Below are positions 50,327 through 63,293 of a stretch of DNA of 64,000 bases, piece after piece. A program made the position numbers and the translations under genes. The notes under the pieces were generated by a model that saw nothing but the letters and a program-made list of their open reading frames with translations, was not told the origin of the DNA and did not search any database. Location: positions 59,408,464 to 59,472,463 of the forward strand of contig NC_043011.1 of assembly GCF_006345805.1 (NCBI RefSeq), written 5' to 3'. Each line of letters begins with the position of its first letter. Position 1 is the stretch's first letter. Origin of the DNA: Octopus sinensis (lineage: Eukaryota).

Positions 50327-51182
50327 GTTTTTCACGATTTTCGATTTCGTGATGAGATTAGTGCGAAAAGGTTGCGAATGGGCATAAGAAGAACTGGTGT
50401 AAAATCTTAGAACTTTGCGACAATATCTATTGTCACCGAGCTGGTAGACACGTTAGCGCGCCAGGCGAAATGCTTAGCGGTATTTCGTCTGTCGTTACGT
50501 TCTGATTTCGAATTCCGCCGAGGTCGACTTTGCCTTTTATCCTTTCGGGTACGATAAAGAAAGTACCAGTTTCGCATTGGGGTTGATGTAATCGACTTAA
50601 TCCGTTTGTCTGTCCTTGTTTGTCTCCTCTATGTTTAGCCCCTTGTGGGCAATAAAGAAATAAATATCTTCTGTCGCCACAAAGGCATCGAAAAATGGGG
50701 AAAATTTGGGAGAAATGCCTCTAATTATCTATTAGCTATAAAATACAGTTTTCATTGCATCTATTTCGGGTATTTCTTAAATGGCTGTTATGAAATTAAT
50801 CTGATATACGACTTAAACACTTCATTTTATACCTCCACATGGAGGGACGGGAGTGTACCGTAATTTACTTGGAAAATTTTCTGAATTCGATAAATTACAA
50901 TATTTACAATATTTTTACGTATTGTGAAGTGTTTGTGGGGGGCAGAAGATAAAGTCACAAAACATACGTTTAAGTCATTTAAAAGCTACTCGAAGTAGAT
51001 GCAACCAAATCTGTATTTTAGAGCTAATAAATAAGTAGAGCCATTTTCCCCACTTTCTATTTATTTCGATGCATTTGTGACGATACTGTCAGGGAGTTCC
51101 AAGACGTTGCACAAGTTATTCTGACGTCCATTTACAAATTTTCCTCAAAACCCCATCGCGAAATCGAAAATCGTGAAAAAAC
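50327..51182. mobile_element. Old fold-back element with long inverted arms, left arm interrupted by a SINE
   Basis: 50327-50430 plus 50665-50815 is the approximate reverse complement of 50950-51182 (70-80% by eye). Confidence 0.75.
50437..50662 (+). mobile_element. SINE family D with a ~16-bp imperfect target duplication
   Basis: Family D match. AATATCTATTGTCACC (50422-37) and AATATCTTCTGTCGCC (50663-78). Confidence 0.88.
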
Positions 51183-51565
51183 GATCTAACCAACTGCCAA
51201 GTCGCATTCTCTTGGATTACTTCGACGTCTTGAAATCATATTCGGGTCTCACACCGGAAAACTTGAACATAGAAGGAGGGAATGATTTTAATAAATCAAG
51301 CATTTATGCACTTTGATAGATGAGTTGAAGGGATCGAAAGAGAGCGACAGGCAGAAACAATATCGTGGACTGGACAGATCACAACACAGCGAACCTGTTA
51401 CACATGACGGAACAGCGACCAGTGGCGACAGCATTTTAAGGGACCTTGAAGTTGATGATGATGATGATGATATATATATATATATACACACACACATATA
51501 TACATATACATATATACATTTATATATGTATATAAGTGTATACATACCTATATACATATATATAT

Positions 51566-51600
<35 letters not shown>

Positions 51601-51609
<9 letters not shown>

Positions 51610-51637
51610 TAAAACAATTTTTTCTATCTATAGATTA

Positions 51638-51683
<46 letters not shown>

Positions 51684-51720
51684 TAATCTATAGATAGAAA
51701 AAAATTGTTTTATGATATAT
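51601..51720. repeat. 120-bp near-perfect palindrome centred on (TA)20
   Basis: ATCATAAAACAATTTTTTCTATCTATAGATTAATG-(TA)n-CATTAATCTATAGATAGAAAAAAATTGTTTTATGAT, with one indel. Confidence 0.95.
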
Positions 51721-52090
51721 TGAAAACAGAGGATATAAATCCACTTTAATTTTAAAACAAATTTACTTTCACTAACAAGTTACCCGTTCCTTTAAAACCG
51801 AGATACGAGCAGAGCAAATGAAGCGTAAAACATAGCAGATGGAAGCGCTTCGTACGCTGTTTGGGAAGATGACTATCAATGATATAGCGCCCGAAATAGA
51901 ACCGATGCGAAGAAGCAATCATACGGACTATTCGAAAAACTGTTAAAAAACGGAGACTTGATATTTAGATGGAATAACAGAAAGGGATACGATGTAAAGC
52001 GAAAACGTGAATGGAGAAATATAGGCAGATCTCAACTCTGACACTCAGCAAGCGATTTATGTAATATAAGGAAATATAATATATGTGTGT

Positions 52091-52124
<34 letters not shown>

Positions 52125-52220
52125 TGTATATATTCTATAGGCTTATTCGGTATCTCTATACTGAAGTATATGTAAAATTCGTGAGTGTCCATCTTTCTAA
52201 CACACCAAGATACGTAGATA

Positions 52221-52292
<72 letters not shown>

Positions 52293-52507
52293 GACGGAAT
52301 AATGGATGGGTGTATGTATGTATGTATGTATGTATGCGTATATATATGCATTTATCGGTTCCCTGTTATGCGTTTTGTGTGTGAGAGGGAGAGTGAGAGA
52401 GAGAGGGAGTAAAGGGGATGAGTGGGAGAAATGAGATTCGTGCCAGAAAGATGAGGGGCAAAGTTGACTAAATCACATTAATATTAGTATCAATTATTCA
52501 CGACTCT

Positions 52508-53260
52508 GGTGGTGGTGGTGCTGCTGCTGCTGCTGCTGCTGGCGACGGTGGTGGTGGTGGTGGCGCTTTGCGGCGGCGTGGCTATGGTTGTGGTGGTTGT
52601 GGTGGTGGTGATGGTGGCGGTTATGGTGGTAGTGGTAGTGCTGGTGGTGGTGGTGGTGGTGTCGGTGGTGGTATTTCTGGTGGCTGCGGCGGCGGCGTCG
52701 GCGTGGTTATGTTAGTGGTGGTTGTGGTGGTAATGGTGGTGGCGGCAGCGGATATGGTTGTAGTGGTAGTGCTGGTGGTACGGTGCTAGTAGCCACAGTG
52801 ATTATGGTGGTTCTGGTGGTGATAGTTGTGATGGTGGTGGTGGTGGTGGTGGTTGTGGTGGTGGTGATGGTGGCGGTGGGGGTGATGGTGGTGGTGGTGG
52901 TTGTGGTGGTGGTAATGGTGGCGGTGGGGGTGATGGTGGTGGTGGTGGTGGTGGTGGTGGTGGTGGTGGTGGTGGTGGTGGTGGTGGTGGTGTCGGTGGT
53001 GGTATTTCTGGTGGCTGCGGCGGCGGCGTCGGCGTGGTTATGTTAGTGGTGGTTGTGGTGGTAATGGTGGTGGCGGCAGCGGATATGGTTGTAGTGGTAG
53101 TGCTGGTGGTACGGTGCTAGTAGCCACAGTGATTATGGTGGTTCTGGTGGTGATAGTTGTGATGGTGGTGGTGAGGGTGGCGGTGGTTGTGGTGCTGGTG
53201 GTGATGGTGGCGGTGGGGGTGATGGTGGTGGTGGTGGTGGTGGTGGTTGTGGTGGTTTTC
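52508..53260. repeat. Degenerate (GGT)n array containing a 331-bp tandem duplication
   Basis: The block starting GTCGGTGGTGGTATTTCTGG occurs at 52661 and 52992. ORFs 52783 and 53114 are offset by 331. Confidence 0.9.
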
Positions 53261-53825
53261 GTCGTGAATAATCTGTTATCAATATCTTCCACAAGAAACA
53301 ACAATACTGACTTAACGTTTACATAGAATACGTTTCTCTATGAAAATGGTTCCCGAGGAACTCCATGGAACTTGAGTAGAATTTTCAAGAATAAATAAGT
53401 CTCCACATCTATAGAGAGATGGAATTTCAATTCACTGATACTTTACAGCTGCTAAGTTTACGTAGCTATTTAATTCTTTCAAACTCTCAATACAATTTTG
53501 GCAACTCCTGTATACGTTTCGACAAAATCACAACAGGAACATTGAAAACTTGGTTGTGCATTCGAAGTCGAATGATTCAAATCCCTCCATCATGACATTT
53601 TATTTGAATTACTTCCGCTTCGTTATCGCTTTGCAGGGTTATATTATTTGTAATATTTAAAATAGGATTCGTGTTTGAATTCTACGAAGATAATCCGAAA
53701 GATCCCTATGGCTAAATCCACACGCTATCAAATACACTCTAATTAGCCTGATAATAAACTTTGGGATTCTGTAATGCTTTATAAGTTTGCCACAAAAGAT
53801 AAATCATCATCATCATCACCATCAG

Positions 53826-53870
<45 letters not shown>

Positions 53871-54561
53871 CATTATTATTATTTGTTATCAGTAGAGCTA
53901 CGTAAACATTATATTTCTATAATCAAAGTAAGGAATAACATCCGTTTATTTCGTGAAGATAAGAAATAATTTTATCTTAATTCCCTTCCTCGTACATTTC
54001 ATCAAAACCGATCGCTTAACTAAACATTTCGCTCCCCCGATATTGTTATCTTTCGGAACAATCATATCTCTTACATATCCTTTGTTTTCCATTTCCCTTG
54101 AGGGTACCGTGTTTATCAATGTCAACGTTAATCAGAATAGTCTCTAACATTTCAGATCCTTCATAAGGCTGGGACAATTTTATGCACCTCGTAAATCGTT
54201 AAGATCTTGTAACGGCTCAGTTATGTTTCGAGAACGTATATGCCTTGCTGTTTCTTCGTTAGAGATAATGGCTTAAAACTCCAACAGAATGAACAACCTA
54301 TTGCATAACGTCAAAAGACTTCATTTTCAGTACCTATCATTTCATAGAAACGTCGTATACGAACCCATTCCTCGCCGCGTTAAATCCTTTTCCTTCCTTG
54401 GTGACGATGAATACGTCCTACGGTTATCTAGAGATGGTACTAAAAGTTTGCTTTTCATGACACTTGAGCTCTAGTTAGTGTGATTAATTTCCAGTATTTT
54501 AGCGCCAAAGTTTTTTCAATAAATTGTTTTGCGAGTGTATACTTACGCACACGCGCGCGTG

Positions 54562-54609
<48 letters not shown>

Positions 54610-54611
<2 letters not shown>

Positions 54612-54748
54612 CTTGCTAACCAACTACACGGTTCCGGGTTCAGTCCCACTGCGTGGCATCTTGGGCAAGTGTCTTCCGCTATAGCCCCGGGCCAACCAAT
54701 GCCTTGTGAGTGGATTTGGTAGACGGAAACTGAAATAAGCCTGTCGTA

Positions 54749-54836
<88 letters not shown>

Positions 54837-55058
54837 TGTGTTTGTGTGTCTGTGTTTGTTCCCCAAGCATTGCTTGACAACTGATGCTAGTGTGTTTACG
54901 TACCCGTCACTTAGAGGTTCGGCAAATGAGACCAATAGAATAAGTACTGGGCTTACAAAGAATAAGTCCCGGGGTCGATTTGATCGACTAAAGGCGGTGT
55001 TCCAGCATGGCCGCAGTCAAATGACTGAAAGAAGTAAAAGAGTAAAGAGAGTAAAGAG
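54610..55058 (+). mobile_element. SINE family A (first bases lost in a TA tract)
   Basis: Highly similar to 25396-25809. Confidence 0.9.
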
Positions 55059-55615
55059 CGATATCACGGTGTGAACCAATCGGGCCATCATCTATCCCCT
55101 GCTTACCAAGTCCAGTGAACTTATTGTGTTCAACTGAATTTGAAATATCTCATACGCGTTTGTTTCTACATTTTAACGTCCTTATTAAGAACATACACTT
55201 TTCTACAAATATAAACTCCCTCACTCTTCGATAACCATTTCCAAAAATACATTATCAATACACAAACTATACTTCACGAACGGGAATGAAACAGATTCTA
55301 TTAAAAACTTATTAAACTTTACCAACTTTCCTACAAATATTCAACTTCACACTACGAATCATTCCGGAAATCTTTATCATGGTGGTCAAAAGGGAATTTC
55401 AAATGTAAGGTTTTCTTCTAAAGATCAACTGAATCATTAGACTGTCGTAGAAAATATCTCGTGACATATGTTCTCATTCGTTGCACAGTGCGTTCGAATC
55501 CTATCACAATCAAATTTGTCTTTCATCTTTTCGAAATCGATAAATAACATACTAGTTTTGGATGATGTTCTCATGGTAAGAACGTCGGATGCTTTGCAAT
55601 ATTTGTTGGGTGTAA

Positions 55616-56012
55616 GGCGGCGAGCTGGCAGAATCGTTAGCACGCCGGGCGAAATGCTTAGCGGTATTTCGTCTGCCACTACGTTCTGAATTCAAATTCC
55701 GCCGAGGTCGACTTTGCCTTTCATCCTTTCGGGGTCAATTAAATAAGTATCAGTTACGCACTGGGGTCGATGTAATCGACTTAATCCGTTTGTCTGTCCT
55801 TGTTTGTTCTCTCTGTTTAGTCCCTTGTGGGTAGTAAAGAAATAGGTATTTCGTCTGCCGCTACATTTTAAGTTCAAATCCCGCCGAGGCCAACTTTGCT
55901 TTCATGATTTTGGAGTCGATAAATTAAGTACCATTTCTGTGCTGGAGTCGACGAAATCGACTAGCCACCTCCCCCCAAATTTCGGTCCTTGTACCTAGAG
56001 TAGAAAAGAAAA
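55616..56012 (+). mobile_element. SINE family D head-to-tail dimer (junction at 55845; second unit has tail type 2)
   Basis: AAAGAAATAGGTATTTCGTCTGCCG junction, identical in position to the 39535 junction. Confidence 0.9.
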
Positions 56013-56209
56013 TAAAAGTTTTGTTATTTTTGTAAAAAAAAACAAAACAGACATGCTATTTAACGATAAGCTGTCTATATTATATTTTATGAAATGTTGC
56101 AGCAACATAATCTATAACTAGAAGTCCACCTTGGAATAATTCCGATTTAGTTTATTTTCATGTTTTGTGAGCCCAGATCAAATCAGTGTGAATATGTCTA
56201 CGGTCAAAA

Positions 56210-57700
56210 GCATTGGTGGCAATCTCGTTTCGTTTGTGCCATCAAGGATTTCATAACTCAATACTCCTTCCTGTGTGAGATATGACATAAGTGAGGCCTG
56301 TCTGTAGCTAGAGGATTTTTTCGTACTGGTTCACTTTGTCTAGTATAGTTAATCTTTGTGGCCACAATGTGTTTTGGTAATTTCTCGAAAATATCCATTT
56401 GCTTGCTGAACAAATTTCTGTAACATTCAAAGGAACTGAATTGTTCCCTTTCTTTCATTTAACTTTCTCAATCTGCAAATTCTATTTTTTATTGATTGTA
56501 AATTATTAGCTCACTATGCTGCCTTTCTTAGTTAATTGTCGATAGAAACGTAAGCCTTCCATGCTAAAAGAGCATAATTCAAAAACTTCAAGTTTATTTC
56601 CATTAATTTTCTTCATTTCAAAAACTGGTTTCTCACACTGGCACAAAACATTTATCAAGACGAAGAGGTATTCTCTGTACAGTCTCTCGATATACTAGAA
56701 ATAGCAGTCATATTTCTTGCAAATTACGTTCTACCATCTTATGAAGTGGACGTCGACGTTGAATAATGCACTGTATTTCCCGAAAAATATAGAGGTTCAA
56801 GGATGGAACGGCTTTCATTATGGGTCTTCACGATCGGGGCTGATCCGGAACCAAATAATAACTAAACGTATATAGAGTGGAAATTATTAATCGAATCAGA
56901 TTAACATATTGCTGATAACCACATTAGAATCCCCACTGCAGAGGAATGAATGGTAAAGTTAAGCTGATGACATTGGAACTCAGGTCCGTAATTAAATACA
57001 TAAGGGTTTTCTGACCAATTCTCTTGGGTTTCCACCATATAGGCCCTTATTTATTTCAGATTCCAAACCCACTCACAATTAGCTTTGTTCTCATATTGTT
57101 TTCAAAGATTAACTCCACGGGCTACCGAGAATCGATTTTCATCTTTACATCAATATATGAAAGTATAATATGCTGGCTAATTACCATATATACAAGAAGA
57201 AAGTCTTGGAGATAATTTATTCTTGGCATTGTCGCGTTACTGAACAATTTATTCTTTGCATTGTCACGTTACCGAGCCCACTTCATATTCAGATAATTTT
57301 CGTTCTGCTAAAGCTGAACACATTCTTTCATTGTATATTCCAAGGTCACTAGAAGTGAGGGCTGTTATATTAGAGGTCATCTCAACAGCCTTTCATTAGT
57401 TTCTAGTTCTGTTCTATAATCGCATATAGTTTCATTGGATAAGCATTTATTGAATGTCACCAAGATTACTGTTAATAAAGGAGGATAGAAACTCTTCCAA
57501 GATTATCGTATTTCCACTTTATCCAGCTTATAATCACAACAGTTGGTAGCTACACGTATCACCATTCTCATTATATTTTTCGAGTCAGAGATCTCAGAAT
57601 TCGCTGTTAGCATATTTTGTTCACTCCGACCACATTTACGGTTGTTGGTTCCCTTTCAAATATTTCTGTAACTTTAGTTAGGCATTGTAGGACAGAAGCA
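56210..57700 (-). mobile_element. Possible ancient RTE-like LINE relic
   Basis: Scattered weak motifs in colinear order: NENG (APE-like, ~57560), KINGNKLE (~56590), SFE.CYR and CHI.R (~56420-56270). Confidence 0.3.
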
Positions 57701-58044
57701 GAGTTTCATTTAAATACAGAATGTAACGAAATTACATGTGACAGATGGCAACCATCTCAATCGATCAAATCTATTCTGAAACACTGCAAATGTGTCCGAG
57801 AAAAAGAAAATGGGAAACGATAGGAAATAAGAAGGAGTTAGAGAAAACAGCAGGAGTAGAGGAGCAAAACGAACGACTGAGAAACTTGGTCTATTTGAGA
57901 TAGAGAACCGTGTATCGGAATAAGATGAAACAGAATTATTGCTGTTATTATTATTAATATTATTCTCATAATCGTCATCGTCATCGTCGTCGTTGTCATC
58001 GTCGTTGTTGTTGTTGATATTGGAGATGTGAATTGATTAAATCG

Positions 58045-58225
58045 TTCAAGTATTGGACAAAAAGCTTAGCGTCATTTCTTTCAGCTCTTTGCGTTCTGAC
58101 TTCAGATACCACCGAGGCTGACTTCGCCTTTCATCATTTTGGGGTCGATAAAAGTTAATATCAGTTCAACACTGATTTCCGATTCTCCTTAAAATTTCAG
58201 GGTTTGTGTCAAAATTTACAAAGAA
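58045..58225 (+). mobile_element. SINE family D, diverged, tail type 2
   Basis: GTTCTGACTTCAGATACCACCGAGGCTGACTTCGCCTTTCATCATTTTGGGGTCGATAAAA. Confidence 0.7.
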
Positions 58226-58235
58226 TTATTAGCGA

Positions 58236-58750
58236 GTGAGAGAGCAGCGCATTCCAATCAAAGCGATACTGGAATGCAAATATACGAAACCCATCACGAC
58301 AACTCGTTTGATAAGGTTACATCAGGCACATATGGGAGACATGTTGACTTGATATCAATATACATGCAGCGCATGACCTTGCAAAATGGGGCCCAGTTAG
58401 AATTGTTTCAGACTGAGTAGCCCATCCCGATAAAGAGGTCCCTCAATAAGGTTTGTTTAAGGATTATGAACGAAGCACCCATATTCTCAAAGGTTAGTTA
58501 TTCAAACCCCAAATAATTCCTCTCAACACATTGCTATGATACTCCCCCATTACTCTTGTTCGTAAGCAGAGATGCACATATCGTCAGTCACTAAGAAACG
58601 TGCTCAACCGGTTAAGGTCAAGCAATCGACAAGCAAATCTGTGGTATTGAAAATAATATTTGCTGTAGCCCATCTTTTACACCAAGAAAAGATGTACATA
58701 TTAGCACTCCCAATTAATTAAAATCAGAAGTCATCATAGCTACCGCCTTG
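58236..58750. mobile_element. Non-coding interspersed repeat (~500 bp) of a type I recall as abundant in octopus genomes
   Basis: Recognition from memory of blocks such as GGGGCCCAGTTAGAATT, CAGAGATGCACATATCGTCAG and GCTGTAGCCCATCTTTTA. No second copy in this window. Confidence 0.45.
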
Positions 58751-58869
58751 TATTTCATCAGAGCATTATTATTATTATTGTTGTTGTTGTTATTATTATT
58801 GTTATTATTATTATTGCTGCTGTTGTTGTTATTATTATTATTATTGTTATTATTATTATTATTCAATAG

Positions 58870-60140
58870 TCTATTTTTATCATGTAGTTTCACTTCACTA
58901 CCGAACGCAGCTCCGTGTACCTTGAGTATGTGATGTGGTTTGTTGTGACACTCTTATTTTTATTGCATTGAAATTGTTTTAAGTAGGATGTGTGTGGTGC
59001 CTAGTGGTGCTATTTTTTGCATGTTATATGTACTTGTTAGCTCTGGTGTTTTTGTTATGTATTTTTCTGAATTTTTTTATCAAACCTAACGCGCGTACTA
59101 TGATAGGAATTGTTTCTGTTTTTAGGCTCCACATTCGAGTTACCTCTGTCTCCAGGTCTTTGCGTTTTGACAGTTTCTCCGTTTCTTTTAGAGAAACATT
59201 GTCATCTGTTGGTATTGATACATCAAGTAAAATGCATTTTTTTTTCTTGGTTTTCTCTGAAAACTGTATCTGGACTATTGGCCTTAATTTCTCTACCTGT
59301 TTGTATTGACATATCCCAGAGTATGGTTGCTTTCTCATTTTCGATGACCTTTTCTGGCGTGTGCCTATACCATAGCTTCCCGTGTATGTAAATCCCAACC
59401 CTGTCGTGTCTGTGAATATATTCCTTCTTAGCCAGGACTGGGCAGCCAGAGATAATATGATTTATTGTTTCTTGTCCATCTCCACATATTCTGCAGTTAC
59501 TTCTTATATATCTTTTCATTACATGTTTTTGGTAATTTCTGGTGGGGAGGCTTTGGTCTTGAGCTGCAATTCAAAATCCCTGTCTCTGCTTTGAGTCCTG
59601 AGCTTCTCAACCATTGCTGTGACTTTTCTTTGTCTATTTCTTTTGCATTTAGTTTAGTCCGGTATTTGCCATGAAGCGGCTTTTCTTGCCATCGTTTTAT
59701 CATGGTCCGTTGCTGTTCTAGTTTTAGTTTGGATTTCATTTGTTTTATAGCTTTTGTTGTTGTTCCTTATTCTCTTCTTCTTCTTCTTCGTCTTCCTCTT
59801 CTTCATCTTCTTCTCCTCCCCCTCCTCCTCCTCATTCTTCTTCTTTGTTAGGTGTTATGATTTCTTGTTCGTATTTGTTAGCTTTCTTAAATACCGAAAA
59901 CTGTTTTTCTTGCTCGTGTTTTGTGGCTCTTTGTATTAGTTCCCCTTGCTTCTGATGTAGATGTTTCTATAGTACTATGGTGGCTATTTTATAATAGTTT
60001 TGAAGCTGTATAAGGCCTCTACCACCTTCTATACGTTGTATATATAGCCTTTCTATGTCAGATTTGGGTGGTGCATCCTAGATCTTGTCATTATTTCTCT
60101 TGTTTTCCTGTCTATTTTGTTTAGTTCATTTACTGTCCAG
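58870..60140 (-). mobile_element. R4/Dong-like non-LTR retrotransposon 3' third (post-RT, CCHC, RLE, 3' UTR), frameshifted
   Basis: SDIERLYIQRIEGGRGL, WQEKPLHGKY, CRICGDGQETINHIISGCPVLAKKEYIHRHD, ILWDMSIQT.REIKANSPD, LLDVSIPTDDN.SLKETEKLSK. Flanked by (ATT/GTT)n on both sides. Confidence 0.9.
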
Positions 60141-60249
60141 TTAAGGATATTGTATTATTATTATCATTATTATCATTATTATTATTATTATTATTATCTT
60201 TATTATTCATATACACATAACAGATTAGAATGCTGGAAAAGAAAATTCC

Positions 60250-60525
60250 TAACATTAGGCTACAACGAGTAACCTTGGATACCAAGAACCCTCCTAAGTA
60301 TCCTATCAGTCCGTAATAAAACTGTTTTCTGCAGCTGCCCTAAACTGGGTTTCCTCTATCCATCTGTTCAGATCTTTAGGGATAGTTCCCAATGCATCTA
60401 TAACTACTGGGATACATTTTACCCGCACTTACTATTGTCTCTGTAGTTCAATGGCTAGGTCCTGGTACTTTGCTACTTTTTCTATATCTCTCATATTAGT
60501 AAATCAGGCCTTCTAGATTCCATTA
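60250..60525 (-). mobile_element. Second R4/Dong-like RLE C-terminal fragment
   Basis: KVAKYQDLAIELQR...IPVVIDALGTIPKDL...LQKTVLLRT.RILRRVLG. Confidence 0.8.
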
Positions 60526-60599
60526 CTCTGCCACTCTGAATGTTAAAGTCCCCCTTCTTATATTTCTTCCCATTATTGGAACAGGGAATTGAGAAACAT

Positions 60600-61960
60600 T
60601 GAGACATCTGAAAATAAATTTTCTGGCATTTGTTCCACTTCTTTATTTTCTGCGTTCAAACCTACGCTGTTATCATTTTTGCCGTTTATTCTTGTGAGTT
60701 CGATAAAATAAAGCGTTAGTGTGGTCGATGGAGCTATTAAGGGTCTCCCCCTCCAAAAACCCTGGCTTTGTTCTTAAATGAAAAATATACTCTGTTATTA
60801 TTACTTTGTCTCGAAATAGACAGGTACATTCCATGTAGTTCCTTTATGACGTTGTGAAACTATTTTAAAATCCATTTTTTAATGTGCCCCTCCTTGGAGA
60901 CGATCGAGGACTTAAACGCATAATTTTCGATCTGGTGATAGAGACGAAGAGAAAACGAAACAAAGAACACCCTTAGATGAAGCAGCTGTAATCCTTGAAA
61001 GTGTAAATATAAGAAATTTGAGCCTGTGATGAAGAAGAAATCAGTTGTATATTGAATAATTGAATTTTGAAAAGTGTTGAGAAGTAGAGATTTTTCAAGG
61101 AGGATAAGTCCAATATAACTGAAAGTGATTTTTCGGTTTTTGTTATTCAGCACCACATAAAGTTCCTCTGAGCAAAATTAAGGAAAATGCAGTCTGAAGG
61201 TCATGTCAAACATGACCTTCTGTTCTGAGAGAGTATTCTGTGATGATTTGAGGGGGTGTTTGACTACTCGTTTTTACATGCTTAGAAATCAAGTAGATAC
61301 TTTCTTATTTCTTTACTGCCCACAAGGAGCTACACAGAGAGGGGACAAACGATGACAGACAAACGGATTAACTCGATTATATCGACCCCAGTGCGTAACT
61401 GTTACTTATTTAATCGACCCCGACAGGATGAAAGGCAAAGTTGACCTCGGCGGAATTTGAACTCAGAACGTAGCGGCACACGAAATACCGCTAAGTAGAT
61501 ACTTTCTATATGTCTTTTACTTCTGAAGATTTTTGTTATTTAGCATCCGGTGGGTTTTCATTGAGAAAGACAATGTGCAGTGCATGACTCTATGTTGTTT
61601 TCTGTGATAGTGTTTTTTTTTCGGGGTACGAAGTTTGACTGATAATTTTAACATGTCAAGAAGTGATATAGAGTCTTCTAAGATGTCTTTATTTCTTGTC
61701 TCTTGAAGCAAAGAAACAACATGTCTATCTTTCAATCCAATTTTCTGTGTTTTAATTGATATAGTGAAAAAGAAGAAACTGGTCCTTGAGCAATATGTCG
61801 TAACATAACTGTTGACACCGTGATAAGTTTTAACAAAACCATAGGTATCAATATTTTACACGATCGCAAGATTTTACTAGAACCAGGCACCTCAACATAA
61901 CTGTGATCTTTTAAAAGTAATGCAAGTTTTAAACAAGCCAACTCTAAATGTTAAGGAAAG
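60600..61960 (-). mobile_element. Possible ancient APE-bearing LINE relic (L2/Crack/CR1-like), interrupted by a SINE
   Basis: Coding-like frames on the minus strand, with a weak DLSD(C)IF (SDH-like) motif near 61190 that needs a frameshift. Confidence 0.25.
61306..61492 (-). mobile_element. SINE family D, 5'-truncated, 15-bp target duplication AAGTAGATACTTTCT
   Basis: Duplication at 61291-305 and 61493-507. Confidence 0.9.
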
Positions 61961-63094
61961 TAAGTTTTGAGTTTTCATACAACTGTAAGTCTTAACACGA
62001 GCGTATATCTTAAGAGAGCCATAATTTTTCTTTCCTTTACAAAGTCAGAATTTTAAGTGAGCTGTAATTATTAAAATACACCTTATCAGAACTGAGTTTT
62101 AACAATTCCATAAGTTTTAATAAAGCCGAAAGATATAGGAGGAACATACATTTTAACAGAGCCTTAGGTTTTCACAAAGCTACTTTTCCAATACCCGATT
62201 TTTTGGTAGGGTGAATTTATTAATAATAATAGTTCGGAAGCATAATCAATGTTATTTTCTGTAGCGGTTCAGAAGCATAAATATAGACTTTATCTGATTA
62301 TTATGCTTTACTTGTTTGCTCGAAGAAAAAAATGGTTCCGTAATTTAGAAGGAAAGAATTTATTGAAATTGAAAAATTCAGAAGGAAAAAAAATTATAGC
62401 AGTCGCCATGTCTTAATATATAATAAGATAATTAAGTAAATACAGCATGTGGTTTATAATTGCGCATAAACCATATTGCAAGTTGGAAAGTAACATAAGA
62501 AAGTAACATATATTGAGAGAGTGAAGATGGTGTCTATGAAGGAAGGATAGTTTGAGCAAGAAAAAAAAAGAAGACATTTTGAGCAGATACAAATTCATTA
62601 CAGATACCAACACAAATTTAGATGCGCTAATACTAAAATATAAAATGAACGTTGATAGAACAGGCTTACTAATTAAATCGCCAAAGAATTCGTGTCACAT
62701 TTTTGACATGATCGCATTGAGATTGTTTCTTTTTTTTCAACATTTCCGTTAAAATAATTATTAATTTTTACGTTGTAAGGTATTTAAAAATAAATTCTTT
62801 ACAAATTACTTAATACTAATATAATTAAATTTCCGCCGATTTACCCTTTGAATGTGTGTTTAGATCAGAACCACGTCAGGCACTGGCTGACGTGCGAGTA
62901 TGAATTCACAAAAGGGATCTCCAGAAATGGAAAGAACGGGAACGCTCGTTCCGTCAATAGAAGCAACGCTTACGTCATTAACAATGAGGACAGAGATTAC
63001 CCTAATTAAATACATGCATTAAGACCCGAGGTGCATTTGCTTTCCCCGACCCTCGTCTTAAAATCCGACATGACTTTCTTTCCAGCCTAATACT

Positions 63095-63293
63095 GATTTC
63101 AAATTTTGGCACAAGGCCAGCTATTTCGGGGGAGGAAGAAAGTCGATTACCCAACGGGGACTTATTTTATCGACCCTGAAAGGATGAAAAGGAACGTCGT
63201 CCTCGGCGGAATTTGAACTCAGAACGTGAAGAAAGACAAAATGACGCTAAGTATTCCGTCCGGCATGCTAACGATTCTTCCAATTCGCTGCCT
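63095..63293 (-). mobile_element. SINE family D, tail type 2
   Basis: Reverse complement gives GCGAATTGGAAGAATCGTTAGCATGCCGGACG...GTTCTGAGTTCAAATTCCGCCGAGG...GCCTTGTGCCAAAATTTGAAA. Confidence 0.82.
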
